Positions 1 to 7,920 are shown, counted from the stretch's first letter. The stretch is DNA of 12,898 nucleotides from Candidatus Nanohaloarchaea archaeon (GCA_042218075.1 JBDGRK010000033.1:1-12898); one strand, 5' to 3'. A program made the numbers and translations. The notes: generated from the sequence alone by a model not told the origin.

Positions 1-17
1 GAGCTAAATCTCTTTCC

Positions 18-1049
18 ATGGGAGTCGACCTGGGCGAGCTGGTTGAAAGAGAGGATATAGAGTTCGCGGACCTCAACGATAAAGAGATAGCGATCGATGC
101 TATGAACACGCTTTACCAGTTTCTCTCAATAATAAGGCAGAGAGACGGTACACCTCTAAAGGACTCCGACGGGAACATAACCTCACATCTCTCAGGCGTA
201 TTCTACCGGAACATCAAGGTCCTGGAGAACAATATTCGGCCTGTATACGTTTTCGATGGAGAGATGCCCGACCTGAAACAGAAAGAATCTTCAAGGAGGA
301 GAAAAAAGAGGGAAGAAGCCCGGAAAGAGTGGAAGAAGCTGAAAGAGGAAGGAAAGATTGACGAAGCGTTTTCAAAGGCGACCCAGAGCTCAAAGATCGA
401 TGGAGAAATGCTGGAAGAGGCGAAAAAGCTGCTGGAGGCTATGGGTCTGCCTTACGTCCAGGCCCCGAGCGAGGGAGAGGCGCAGGCCGCGTATATGACG
501 AGGGAAGAATCGAAGGGTGATATTTACGCGGTAGGATCTCAGGACTGGGACTGTCTTCTATTCGGGGCTGAGAGAATGGTAAAGAACCTGACCACGAGGA
601 AGACCAGGAAGAAAGCCTCTGGAGGCAGGAAGCAGATCTCGACCGAGCGTATCGAGCTCGGGGAAGTGCTTGAACAGCTGGATATCTCGAGGGAAAAGCT
701 GGTATGGATGGGAGTACTTATGGGGACAGACTTCAACCCTGACGGAGTGAAGGGTATAGGACCCAAGACGGCTCTCAAGCTGGTGAAGAAGTACCAGAAA
801 TTCGATAGCCTGATGGAGGATGAAAAAGTTGAATGGGAGTCGGACAACGACCCCTACAGAATCAGGGACTTCTTTCTTGATCCTCCTGTTGAAGATTCAG
901 GGTACAAATTTAGCGAACCTGAAAACGATAGGATTAAGGAAATACTGATCGATAAACACGACTTCTCCGAGAAAAGAGTGAATTCAGGCATCCAGAATCT
1001 GGAAAAGGCGCTCGAGGCAAGGCAGTCAGGACTCGGCAGCTTTGTATGA
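18..1049 (+). CDS. fen: Flap endonuclease 1 (archaeal FEN1, XPG/Rad2 family)
   Basis: Motifs MGV start, IAIDAMNTLYQFLSIIRQRDGTPL, SHLSGVFYR, VYVFDG, APSEGEAQAA, SQDWDCLLFGA, H3TH GTDFNPDGVKGIGPKTAL, and C-terminal PCNA-interacting PIP box RQSGLGSFV. Confidence 0.97.
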   Translation: MGVDLGELVEREDIEFADLNDKEIAIDAMNTLYQFLSIIRQRDGTPLKDSDGNITSHLSGVFYRNIKVLENNIRPVYVFDGEMPDLKQKESSRRRKKREEARKEWKKLKEEGKIDEAFSKATQSSKIDGEMLEEAKKLLEAMGLPYVQAPSEGEAQAAYMTREESKGDIYAVGSQDWDCLLFGAERMVKNLTTRKTRKKASGGRKQISTERIELGEVLEQLDISREKLVWMGVLMGTDFNPDGVKGIGPKTALKLVKKYQKFDSLMEDEKVEWESDNDPYRIRDFFLDPPVEDSGYKFSEPENDRIKEILIDKHDFSEKRVNSGIQNLEKALEARQSGLGSFV

Positions 1050-1050
1050 T

Positions 1051-2268
1051 TCATCGTGTCTCTCTCAGTTCTTTTAGCACTAGTTCCATCATCTCTCCCA
1101 GCTCTTCATAACCCTCCCTTATCTCCTGTATCTGTTCATCCTGCTTCTCAATCTTCTGCAGCACCGGATTGCTGACCTCACCTGACTCGGAAACTTTTTT
1201 CTCCAGTCGGTGGATCCTGTTCTCTATATTTTCCATCTCTTCGCTTCCGGTTCCCGAAAAGTTTTCAGCCAGCTTCTCCAGGTTCTGGTTCAGTCGCTCT
1301 ATCACCTCACCATCTTCTCCCTCGTTCTTCAGATCCTTGTACTCGTCTTTTGAAAGAAGCTTCAGCTCAGCGAGATCATCGAAATCGTTGAAAATCCACT
1401 TGAAATCTGAAACCATGCCTTTCAGCTGCTCGACTTCATCCCTGAGATTGGATACATCGCTTTCATCCTGCTTCTCTTCAAGCTTTTCGACCCGGTTCTG
1501 GAGGTTCTGCAACTCGACCCTCAGCTCATCAATTCCATCCGACTCAAGCTCCTCAATCTTCTGCTCGAAGTCCTCCTGCCTTTCAAGCACATCCTGGATA
1601 TCGGACTTGAGCTCTTCTATCTCGCCTGGCTCGGTATCTCCGCTCTCTTGCCCTATATCATCCAGTTTCTGTTCAAGCTCATTCATCCTTTCCTCAGAGT
1701 CCTGCTTAAGTTCTGACAGAAGATCCGACTTTTCTGCAACCCTATCCTTTACCTTTTCAATCTCTTCTTCGATATCTGTTTCTTCAAAATCTTCAAGCCT
1801 GGATCTCAGGGTTTCAAGCCCGGCTTCAAGCTCCTTTAGCCTTTCATTCAGCTCCTCAAACTTTCCGGCAGAAAATTTCTCAACTTGATCATCCTTAACT
1901 TCCGGAGTTTCGTCATCCATACCTCCTTTTCCACTGTCTTCAACATCTTCCAAAGAATTATTGCCATTCCCTTCTTCAGATACTGATTCTTCCTCTACCT
2001 CTTCATCCATATCATCTTCATCTACTTCGTAGACTGTTTCCTCCTGTGCTTCCCCGCCGGATTCTTCTTCATCCTCTCCGAATAGAACGTCCTCAGAATC
2101 TCCATCATCTTCTGCTCCTTCTACCTGATTCTCGCTGTCATCGCTACCACTATCTTCTTCGCCAAACTCCACATCTCCTTTCTCTTCCTCCTCACTCACT
2201 TCATCGCTTCCGAAGAGGGTCTCCTGTTCCGAATCCTCTTCCTCGCCGAAAATAACGTCTTCAGCCAT
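1051..2268 (-). CDS. Very acidic hypothetical protein: disordered D/E-rich N-terminus with repeated FG motifs, then long coiled coil
   Basis: 405-aa ORF, E/D-dominated, heptad-like segments (LNERLKELEAGLETLRSRLE; LRVELQNLQNRVEKLEE). No ATPase motifs or TM helix. Converges on fen with a 1-nt gap. Confidence 0.85.
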   Translation of the reverse strand: MAEDVIFGEEEDSEQETLFGSDEVSEEEEKGDVEFGEEDSGSDDSENQVEGAEDDGDSEDVLFGEDEEESGGEAQEETVYEVDEDDMDEEVEEESVSEEGNGNNSLEDVEDSGKGGMDDETPEVKDDQVEKFSAGKFEELNERLKELEAGLETLRSRLEDFEETDIEEEIEKVKDRVAEKSDLLSELKQDSEERMNELEQKLDDIGQESGDTEPGEIEELKSDIQDVLERQEDFEQKIEELESDGIDELRVELQNLQNRVEKLEEKQDESDVSNLRDEVEQLKGMVSDFKWIFNDFDDLAELKLLSKDEYKDLKNEGEDGEVIERLNQNLEKLAENFSGTGSEEMENIENRIHRLEKKVSESGEVSNPVLQKIEKQDEQIQEIREGYEELGEMMELVLKELRETR

Positions 2269-2313
2269 TATACCAGTCCTTTAATACTAAGAAGTAACTA
2301 AAACGTTAAAACT

Positions 2314-3393
2314 CTAGTGGTCGTTGAGCGACTCCTTCACCAGGTCGGTCAGCTCCAGCATCATGGAGTACATCTCGTCGAGTTCCGATTCATTATCGTG
2401 TATCCTGGACTCCAGGGCGGCGAACTCCTGATCCATAGCTTCCTGTACCGCCTCCACATCCTGGTCCTCCAGTTCCTCGATGGCCTCCCACAGCATATCC
2501 ATCTTCTGCTCTATATCCTCCAGCCTTTCCTCGGTTCCGGAGTCAATCTCGCTCTCCAGCTCTTCAACCTGCTCATCAAATCCCTCCCACAGTTCATCTA
2601 GCCTTTCCTGCATCTGCTCAATCCTGTGGTCATCCTGATCTGAAAGCTTACTGAGCTGTGTCTCGAGTTCCTCCAGCCTCCTGTCAAAGTTTTCAACCGT
2701 CTCAAGCGATTCCACTTTATCCTCAATCCTTTCCAGTCTATTCCTTATATCACTGTTGTCCTGTAGCTCAAGCTGCTCCACCCTTTTCTCCAGCTCGCTT
2801 AATTTCGCCAGTTCCTTAGACTCACCGGAAACGATCTTTTCCTCAAAGTTTTCGACGTGCGACCTTATCCTCTGCAGCTTTGATTCTTCCTCAGGGTGCT
2901 CTACCCCCGGAGAAGTTATATTTCCTGGTTGAACTTCTTCAGAAAGTTCAGCATCTTCTTCGCTATCCTCCTCAACATCCGGGGTTAATTTATCCTCCTC
3001 GATGTCAGGTTCCGTCTCGACCTCGGGATCTTCCTGAAGTTCCTTCGCCTCTTCTTCAATAGGTCTGGCATCAACATCCTCCCCTGGATCTCTTTCCTCC
3101 CCAGCTTCTTCTATCCCCTGGTCTTCCTGAAGCTCCTGATCCAGGGTTGACTCCTCAATATTCTCTTCGATTGCTTCGGCCTGTCTCTCCATCTTTTCCT
3201 GCTCCTGGCTCAACTGCTCCAGAGATTCCTCCAGTTCCTGCCTCAGCTCATCTCTATCAACCTGATCCGTGTTTTCCCCTTCATCTTTCTCAACTCCCTG
3301 TTTCAGTTGCTCCACCTCCTGCTCAAGGTCGCTATCCTCTTCCAGGTCTTCCTCATCTTCTCCTTTAATCCTCTGTCTTATCGAGGAAAACAT
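2314..3393 (-). CDS. Very acidic coiled-coil hypothetical protein with short basic/amphipathic N-terminus
   Basis: 359-aa ORF; N-terminal MFSSIRQRIKG then E/D-rich; coiled-coil repeats (LSELEKRVEQLE, RLDELWE/KMDMLWE); C-terminal helix loosely similar to that of the neighbouring 405-aa protein. Confidence 0.85.
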   Translation of the reverse strand: MFSSIRQRIKGEDEEDLEEDSDLEQEVEQLKQGVEKDEGENTDQVDRDELRQELEESLEQLSQEQEKMERQAEAIEENIEESTLDQELQEDQGIEEAGEERDPGEDVDARPIEEEAKELQEDPEVETEPDIEEDKLTPDVEEDSEEDAELSEEVQPGNITSPGVEHPEEESKLQRIRSHVENFEEKIVSGESKELAKLSELEKRVEQLELQDNSDIRNRLERIEDKVESLETVENFDRRLEELETQLSKLSDQDDHRIEQMQERLDELWEGFDEQVEELESEIDSGTEERLEDIEQKMDMLWEAIEELEDQDVEAVQEAMDQEFAALESRIHDNESELDEMYSMMLELTDLVKESLNDH

Positions 3394-3415
3394 ATCCTCT
3401 AATTTGATAAGCCAG

Positions 3416-3423
3416 TTATTAAA
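3416..3423. promoter_or_regulatory. Putative shared TATA box for the divergent gpmI and 359-aa genes
   Basis: TTATTAAA (minus strand TTTAATAA) sits centrally in a 53-nt intergenic gap, 23 nt from the gpmI ATG and 22 nt from the ATG at 3393, which is typical spacing for leaderless archaeal transcripts. Confidence 0.55.
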
Positions 3424-3446
3424 CCTGCGGGAAACAAATCCTCTCC

Positions 3447-4901
3447 ATGAGACCGGTGCTATTAGTGGTGATGGACGGAGTTGGACTGAGAGAGCAGACC
3501 GAGGGAAACGCCTTCAAGCAGGCCGAGACGCCGAATATCGGAAGACTGATGGCACGGGAGGGATTTTCAAAGCTGGAAGCGTCGGGAGAAGCTGTCGGCC
3601 TTCCTGAAGGCTACCAGGGCAATTCAGAGGTAGGTCATCTGCACCTGGGAGCGGGAAGGAGAGTTCCGCAGAGGCTCACCCGCATAAACAATGCTATAGA
3701 AAACGATGAGCTACGTGAGAAGGAGGCTCTAGTGAAAGCGCTGGAGAAAGCAAAGCGAAGCGATTCGACAGTCCATCTAGCGGGTATAATCTCGGATGGC
3801 GGAATCCACGGCCATATAGACCATCTTAAAGCGCTGATGGAAATCGCGTCCGATTACGATGTGGATGTCAGGATCCACTGTTTCACCGATGGTAGGGACG
3901 TGGACCCGAAGAGCGCGGAGACGTTTATCCAGAGGGTCGAGGAATGGTGCTCCGAGTACGGCGGGGAGATCTCAACGGTGATGGGCAGGTACTATGCTAT
4001 GGATCGAGACCACAACTGGGAACGTACTCATAAAGCGTACAGGGCGATGGCTGAAGCAGAGGGATTCGAGTTTTCCGACCCGAGAGATGCTCTTGAGGAG
4101 ACATACCAGGAAGGAGACTACGACTACTTCGTGGTTCCCTCGGTAAGTAAAGCTTACGGAGGCATGAAAGATGAAGATGACTGCTTGATATTCTACAACT
4201 TCAGGGCGGATAGGGAGAGGCAGATCGCAGAAGCATTCCTGAAGCCGGGTTTTGAGGAATTTAACAACCCGGTAAGGCCTGACTTCGTATCCATGTTCTC
4301 CTACAGGGATGATTTCGATAACCCGGTAATGTTTGAGAAGAAGCTTGTTGAGGATACACTGGGAGAGAAGATTGAAAACGCGGGTATGTCCCAGCTCAGG
4401 GTGGCGGAGTCGCAGAAGATTCCACACGTCACCTTCTTCTTCAACGGGCAGAGGGAACTAGAGTTTGAAAACGAGGAGAGAAAGTTTATCGAGAGCGACA
4501 AGATCAAGGCGTATGATCAGAAACCGGAGATGCACGCCGATGATACCACCGGTATAGTTCTGGAGGCGCTGGAGGAAGGAAAGAAAGACTTCATACTGCT
4601 GAACTACGCCAACTGCGACCTTGTGGGCCACACGGGAGAGATGGAGGCTGCGATTAAGGCGGTTGAAACGGTGGACAGGAATGTAGGAAGGCTGATGAAG
4701 AAGGTTGAAGATACGGATTACATAATGCTTGTGACCGCGGACCACGGAAACTGCGAGGACATGGGAAGCCCTGAGAACCCGAACACATCGCACACGACGA
4801 ATAGGGTGCCGCTGATCGGTTTCAATACAGAAAGAGAGTTCGGGGACGGAGAGATATGGAAAGTTGAGAGTATTATCGAGGAAATTCTGCTAGACAGCTG
4901 A
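3447..4901 (+). CDS. gpmI: 2,3-bisphosphoglycerate-independent phosphoglycerate mutase, bacterial-type iPGM
   Basis: VVMDGVG, catalytic-Ser motif GNSEVGH, SDGGIHGHIDH, FTDGRD, GRYYAMDRD, NFRADR, HVTFFFNG, NYANCDLVGHTG, TADHGNCE, HTTNRVP. Confidence 0.96.
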   Translation: MRPVLLVVMDGVGLREQTEGNAFKQAETPNIGRLMAREGFSKLEASGEAVGLPEGYQGNSEVGHLHLGAGRRVPQRLTRINNAIENDELREKEALVKALEKAKRSDSTVHLAGIISDGGIHGHIDHLKALMEIASDYDVDVRIHCFTDGRDVDPKSAETFIQRVEEWCSEYGGEISTVMGRYYAMDRDHNWERTHKAYRAMAEAEGFEFSDPRDALEETYQEGDYDYFVVPSVSKAYGGMKDEDDCLIFYNFRADRERQIAEAFLKPGFEEFNNPVRPDFVSMFSYRDDFDNPVMFEKKLVEDTLGEKIENAGMSQLRVAESQKIPHVTFFFNGQRELEFENEERKFIESDKIKAYDQKPEMHADDTTGIVLEALEEGKKDFILLNYANCDLVGHTGEMEAAIKAVETVDRNVGRLMKKVEDTDYIMLVTADHGNCEDMGSPENPNTSHTTNRVPLIGFNTEREFGDGEIWKVESIIEEILLDS

Positions 4902-5132
4902 AATATTTCTTCCCCCTGATTCCCTAAAACTGTTGCCGCTAGTATCACCCGAATCCTGCTGTTCACTATCAGGCAATACATCCGAGTTCCCGGCTTTATC
5001 TTTAGCATTTGACTTGGTCTCGTCCAGGAAGTTGCCGAAACTGTCGGTCTGTCCCTGCACAAGGAAGAGAACTATTAAAGCGGTGACAAGCGCGATCATC
5101 GCCACTACTACGATTTCGATAGTCTTGTCCAT
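4890..5132 (-). CDS. Small pilin-like protein with N-terminal hydrophobic helix (no basic leader)
   Basis: MDKTIEIVVVAMIALVTALIVLFLVQG resembles the hydrophobic segment of the two upstream pilins (TAL..IF.VQG). Starts 6 nt after the upstream pilin stop; 3' end overlaps gpmI convergently by 12 nt. Confidence 0.75.
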   Translation of the reverse strand: MDKTIEIVVVAMIALVTALIVLFLVQGQTDSFGNFLDETKSNAKDKAGNSDVLPDSEQQDSGDTSGNSFRESGGRNISAV

Positions 5133-5138
5133 CCTGGA

Positions 5139-5432
5139 TCACTGGGGAATCTGCGAGCAGCTCACTTCCGCATCCGGGCTCTGTGGAATCCACTGTGGAA
5201 CGCCCGGAGCAGGCTGGCCGTCCTGGTGACAGGAGATAGGTGTTGAAACTGTGCCGCTGGTAGTAGAGCATTTTGCGTTAATCGTCTGGACGCAGGATGA
5301 AGAAGACGTACCCTTGCCTACATCTCCGAGGCCTCCCTGGACCATGAAAATAACAGTGAGAGCAGTCATCATCAGTACGCTGGCTGCCACGATCAGTGCC
5401 AGAGTCTGCGACATTCCTGCTCTCTTGACCAT
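5139..5432 (-). CDS. Type IV pilin-like protein (class III signal peptide), four Cys
   Basis: MVKRAG|MSQTLALIVAASVLMMTALTVIFMVQGG: basic leader, Gly at -1, hydrophobic helix. Four Cys in the globular part; clear paralogue of 5485-5778. Confidence 0.85.
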   Translation of the reverse strand: MVKRAGMSQTLALIVAASVLMMTALTVIFMVQGGLGDVGKGTSSSSCVQTINAKCSTTSGTVSTPISCHQDGQPAPGVPQWIPQSPDAEVSCSQIPQ

Positions 5433-5463
5433 AGATTAAATTTGAAGAGCTCTACTTAAAAAA
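5433..5463 (-). promoter_or_regulatory. Putative leaderless promoter of pilin gene at 5432
   Basis: Minus strand TTTTTTAAGTAGAGCTCTTCAAATTTAATCT directly precedes the ATG, with a TATA-like element about 22-30 nt upstream. Confidence 0.5.
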
Positions 5464-5484
5464 TCTAACCGGAGTAGACGGACC

Positions 5485-5778
5485 TCATCCTCCACCGAGA
5501 ACTGTTTGACATTCCACACTCGCGCCGACACTGCTGGCGTGACCATTCATCACACCTACAGCATTCCCTTCGCTGTCGAAACAAGTCGCAGGAGCTGAAA
5601 TCGAACCGCCTCCCGAACACTTTGCCTGGACCACCTTGAGACATCCGCTGTTGCTTATACCGGTCCCGGTATCGCTGAGGCCTCCCTTCACTATGAATAT
5701 CGCTATCAGCGCAGTCATCATCAGTACAGTCGCGGCGATTATCAGCGCTATAGACTGCGACATCCCTGAACTCTTCAT
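5485..5778 (-). CDS. Type IV pilin-like protein (class III signal peptide), four Cys
   Basis: MKSSG|MSQSIALIIAATVLMMTALIAIFIVKGG; same four-Cys pattern (C..AKC..P..C..V.C) as 5139-5432. Confidence 0.85.
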   Translation of the reverse strand: MKSSGMSQSIALIIAATVLMMTALIAIFIVKGGLSDTGTGISNSGCLKVVQAKCSGGGSISAPATCFDSEGNAVGVMNGHASSVGASVECQTVLGGG

Positions 5779-5808
5779 ACCGTAAACTTGGAGACTCTGT
5801 ATTAAAAA
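5779..5808 (-). promoter_or_regulatory. Putative leaderless promoter of pilin gene at 5778
   Basis: Minus strand TTTTTAATACAGAGTCTCCAAGTTTACGGT directly precedes the ATG and resembles the element before 5432. Confidence 0.5.
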
Positions 5809-5829
5809 TGAAACGTGGAAAAAGTGGAG

Positions 5830-6114
5830 TTACTGGTCCTGCGAGAGATCGATCTGGATCGAAGAAACGTTCAGTTTGTCACCCTCGTCAGTGTCTATCT
5901 GGTCAGTGTCTATTGAAATGTCTTCAACTTCTGCTGTCTCCTCGAACTTGCTCCTGACCATCTCCGCGACGTCTACAGCCCTTGAGATTGCTTTTCCTCT
6001 TGCCTTGACGTGGACTGTTTCGTGTCCCTCGTTGAACTGTGTCACCACAGCCAGAACGTAGCTCATCGCGGGTTTGGAACCGACGTATACTGTATTGTCG
6101 TCATCTTCTGCCAT
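5830..6114 (-). CDS. albA: DNA/RNA-binding chromatin protein Alba (Sac10b family), acidic variant
   Basis: [39 protein letters not shown] and NVSSIQIDL match Alba signatures; 94 aa. Confidence 0.95.
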   Translation of the reverse strand: MAEDDDNTVYVGSKPAMSYVLAVVTQFNEGHETVHVKARGKAISRAVDVAEMVRSKFEETAEVEDISIDTDQIDTDEGDKLNVSSIQIDLSQDQ

Positions 6115-6119
6115 ACTGT

Positions 6120-6156
6120 ATCACCTCTGGAAGGAAATTTTAGACCAAGTTATAAA
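6120..6156 (-). promoter_or_regulatory. albA promoter (TATA) and Shine-Dalgarno site
   Basis: Minus strand TTTATAA at 6156-6150 and GAGGTGAT at 6127-6120, 5 nt before the ATG. Confidence 0.65.
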
Positions 6157-6167
6157 TTATCTCCGCA

Positions 6168-7208
6168 TCACTCGAACTCATAGCTAAACGGATCGACAAG
6201 GAACCCGAGATGCTTCCTGCCCTTATTGGTCAAAACCTGTTTTTTCTCATCCCTCAACTCGATAATCCCTTTGGCACTCTCCAGAGTGAGTTTTACATCT
6301 GCATCGTAGTCTGTTTCACAGCCATAAGTCTCGGTACTGCCATCCGGGAGAGTTCTGGTTTCACAGTCACAGGAGTCGGGTTCAGAGTCCACATCAGGAG
6401 ATCCCAGGTTTGAAACTGACTTAACTCCTTTTTTACTTACTTCAATACCTTCTGGAAGCTTGCTGTAGCTCTTGATAGCTGAAGTCATTGAAGAGTAAAG
6501 ATCTCTCTTGGCGCTGGATGTTGCATCGCTTTCTGCTTCCGAGACAGCTGCACTCCTGGAACCGCAATCACTTCCGCTCCCGGTATATTCAGAACCTGCT
6601 TTCGACTTCCAACTCGAGAATATTTTCCCGACAAGGTTCGATGTGTGTTTCGCCATCTTAACGTACCTGTTGGCGTCGTTCTCAACCGAGTACTTCTTCT
6701 TGACAGGCACGTAGGTCTCTGTGTACCCCGAGGAGCATCTAAGGCTTTGATCCGAGATTTTAGATGTAAAGTGTCTCTCCTTTACCCAAGATGTCACGTC
6801 CTCTTTCTGCTCGAACTTCACACCGGTAGAACCAATTCTCGGGCTGCGGCAGCTCATCACCTGCATCTGCCCTCTCAAGTGGTTCTCCACACCCGAAAAG
6901 TATTCCTGCTTCAACTTCCCCGGCTCTGGAGGACTGTTCTTCCAGCTTATGTCATATCCTCTCTTGTAATCTCCTGCTTTTTCACCCAGCCTGAAAGCCA
7001 TGATATTCGCTGAATAGTTTAGTTCTGGCCCCATCCTTCTCTCGTACTGGTCAGCCTTGAGCTTTGTCTCGGCTATAACGTTGTAATCACCCGTATTATA
7101 CCTTACAGTGTCCTGGATAGGCTCGTTGACCGCTATGATCGTCACAAAGGCACCTGACGTAAACACGAGCATCAGTATCGCAGGTATGGTCAGGGCTCCT
7201 CTTCTAAT
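6168..7208 (-). CDS. Membrane-anchored/pilin-like surface protein, Cys-containing; start uncertain (ATG 7172 or non-canonical ATT 7208)
   Basis: The frame is open upstream of ATG 7172 to a TAG at 7221-7223 and reads ..IRRG|ALTIPAILMLVFTSGAFVTIIAV, a class III-like signal. The body is S/T/K-rich with several Cys (DSCDCETRTLPDGSTETYGC). Confidence 0.75.
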   Translation of the reverse strand: MRRGALTIPAILMLVFTSGAFVTIIAVNEPIQDTVRYNTGDYNVIAETKLKADQYERRMGPELNYSANIMAFRLGEKAGDYKRGYDISWKNSPPEPGKLKQEYFSGVENHLRGQMQVMSCRSPRIGSTGVKFEQKEDVTSWVKERHFTSKISDQSLRCSSGYTETYVPVKKKYSVENDANRYVKMAKHTSNLVGKIFSSWKSKAGSEYTGSGSDCGSRSAAVSEAESDATSSAKRDLYSSMTSAIKSYSKLPEGIEVSKKGVKSVSNLGSPDVDSEPDSCDCETRTLPDGSTETYGCETDYDADVKLTLESAKGIIELRDEKKQVLTNKGRKHLGFLVDPFSYEFE

Positions 7209-7920
7209 TCTCTGCCACCGCTATCGAGATCACGTGAGGTTTTTCGTCCGGAGACGCCATTTTTACCCGGGAGAAATCCAGGTTCGCAAGGCCATTCTCC
7301 TGCTCGAAAAGTATCCTGCTGTTCTCTCCTTTTCTCTTAAGTTCAATCCTGTATGATTGACTCTGTTCGATCATGAAGCTTTCTATATCTGACTCGAATT
7401 TAGACTTTTTCCGCCCCAGTTCCCTTACCCTCTGGTTCAGTTTGTCAATCCTCTTTATTTTTTCGAAGAAGCTGTCGGAGGCACTGCTTGACTCCTGTAG
7501 CTTCTCAACGATTTTGGAGGCCTCATCCTCCAGTTCGGGGATAGTCTTGCCTCCCGGACCCCCCTTTCTCATCTCCTCGTTTATCTTTTTCAGTCTCTTC
7601 ACTCTCGACTTGCCTTTCTTCGCATGATTCTTAACTCTCTTTACCTTCTGACGCAGAGAGTTTCTCTTGCTTCTAAGCCTCTCAAGTTCCTTCTTTAAAT
7701 TCGAGTAATTCTTCGTCCTCTCCACAATTTTCGGATTCGAAAGAAACGCAGCTGTAACCGCGTGGGACCGGAACTGTTTCACGGACTCCTTCTGGATCGT
7801 GTTCAGGTTGCTCTTGAACTCTATCTCGGATATAAATGGAGCTAGAAGAAGCAGTAAAAGCATTGTTATGGTTGTAGCGAAGATCAGGCTGATCCACTGT
7901 ATATCTCCCTTCCTTCTCAT
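7204..7920 (-). CDS. Pilin-like protein (class III signal peptide) with highly basic coiled coil
   Basis: MRRKG|DIQWISLIFATTITMLLLLLLAPFI; ATGA overlap with the upstream gene at 7917-7920; K/R-rich heptads. Confidence 0.8.
   Translation of the reverse strand: MRRKGDIQWISLIFATTITMLLLLLLAPFISEIEFKSNLNTIQKESVKQFRSHAVTAAFLSNPKIVERTKNYSNLKKELERLRSKRNSLRQKVKRVKNHAKKGKSRVKRLKKINEEMRKGGPGGKTIPELEDEASKIVEKLQESSSASDSFFEKIKRIDKLNQRVRELGRKKSKFESDIESFMIEQSQSYRIELKRKGENSRILFEQENGLANLDFSRVKMASPDEKPHVISIAVAEN

Noticed and set aside
1169-1888. 239-aa plus-strand Ser-rich ORF and other antisense ORFs (e.g. 539-847, 2317-2601, 3972-4427, 11910-12428, 11929-12399)
   Set aside because: Shadow frames of real genes; the S/F/L-rich composition is what reverse-complemented Glu/Lys codons produce.
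1051-3393. SMC/Rad50 or chemoreceptor assignment for the coiled-coil proteins
   Set aside because: No Walker A/B, zinc-hook or MCP signalling hairpin motifs; the similarity is compositional only.
5133-5141. In-frame TGA between the 97-aa pilin and the 80-aa ORF as readthrough or selenocysteine
   Set aside because: The downstream ORF has its own ATG and hydrophobic N-terminus, the TGA is not at a conserved Cys position, and no SECIS-like element was evident.
5139-5778. Archaellin (flaB/arlB) assignment
   Set aside because: They lack the archaellin GIGTLIVFIAMVLVAAVAA signature and are much shorter.
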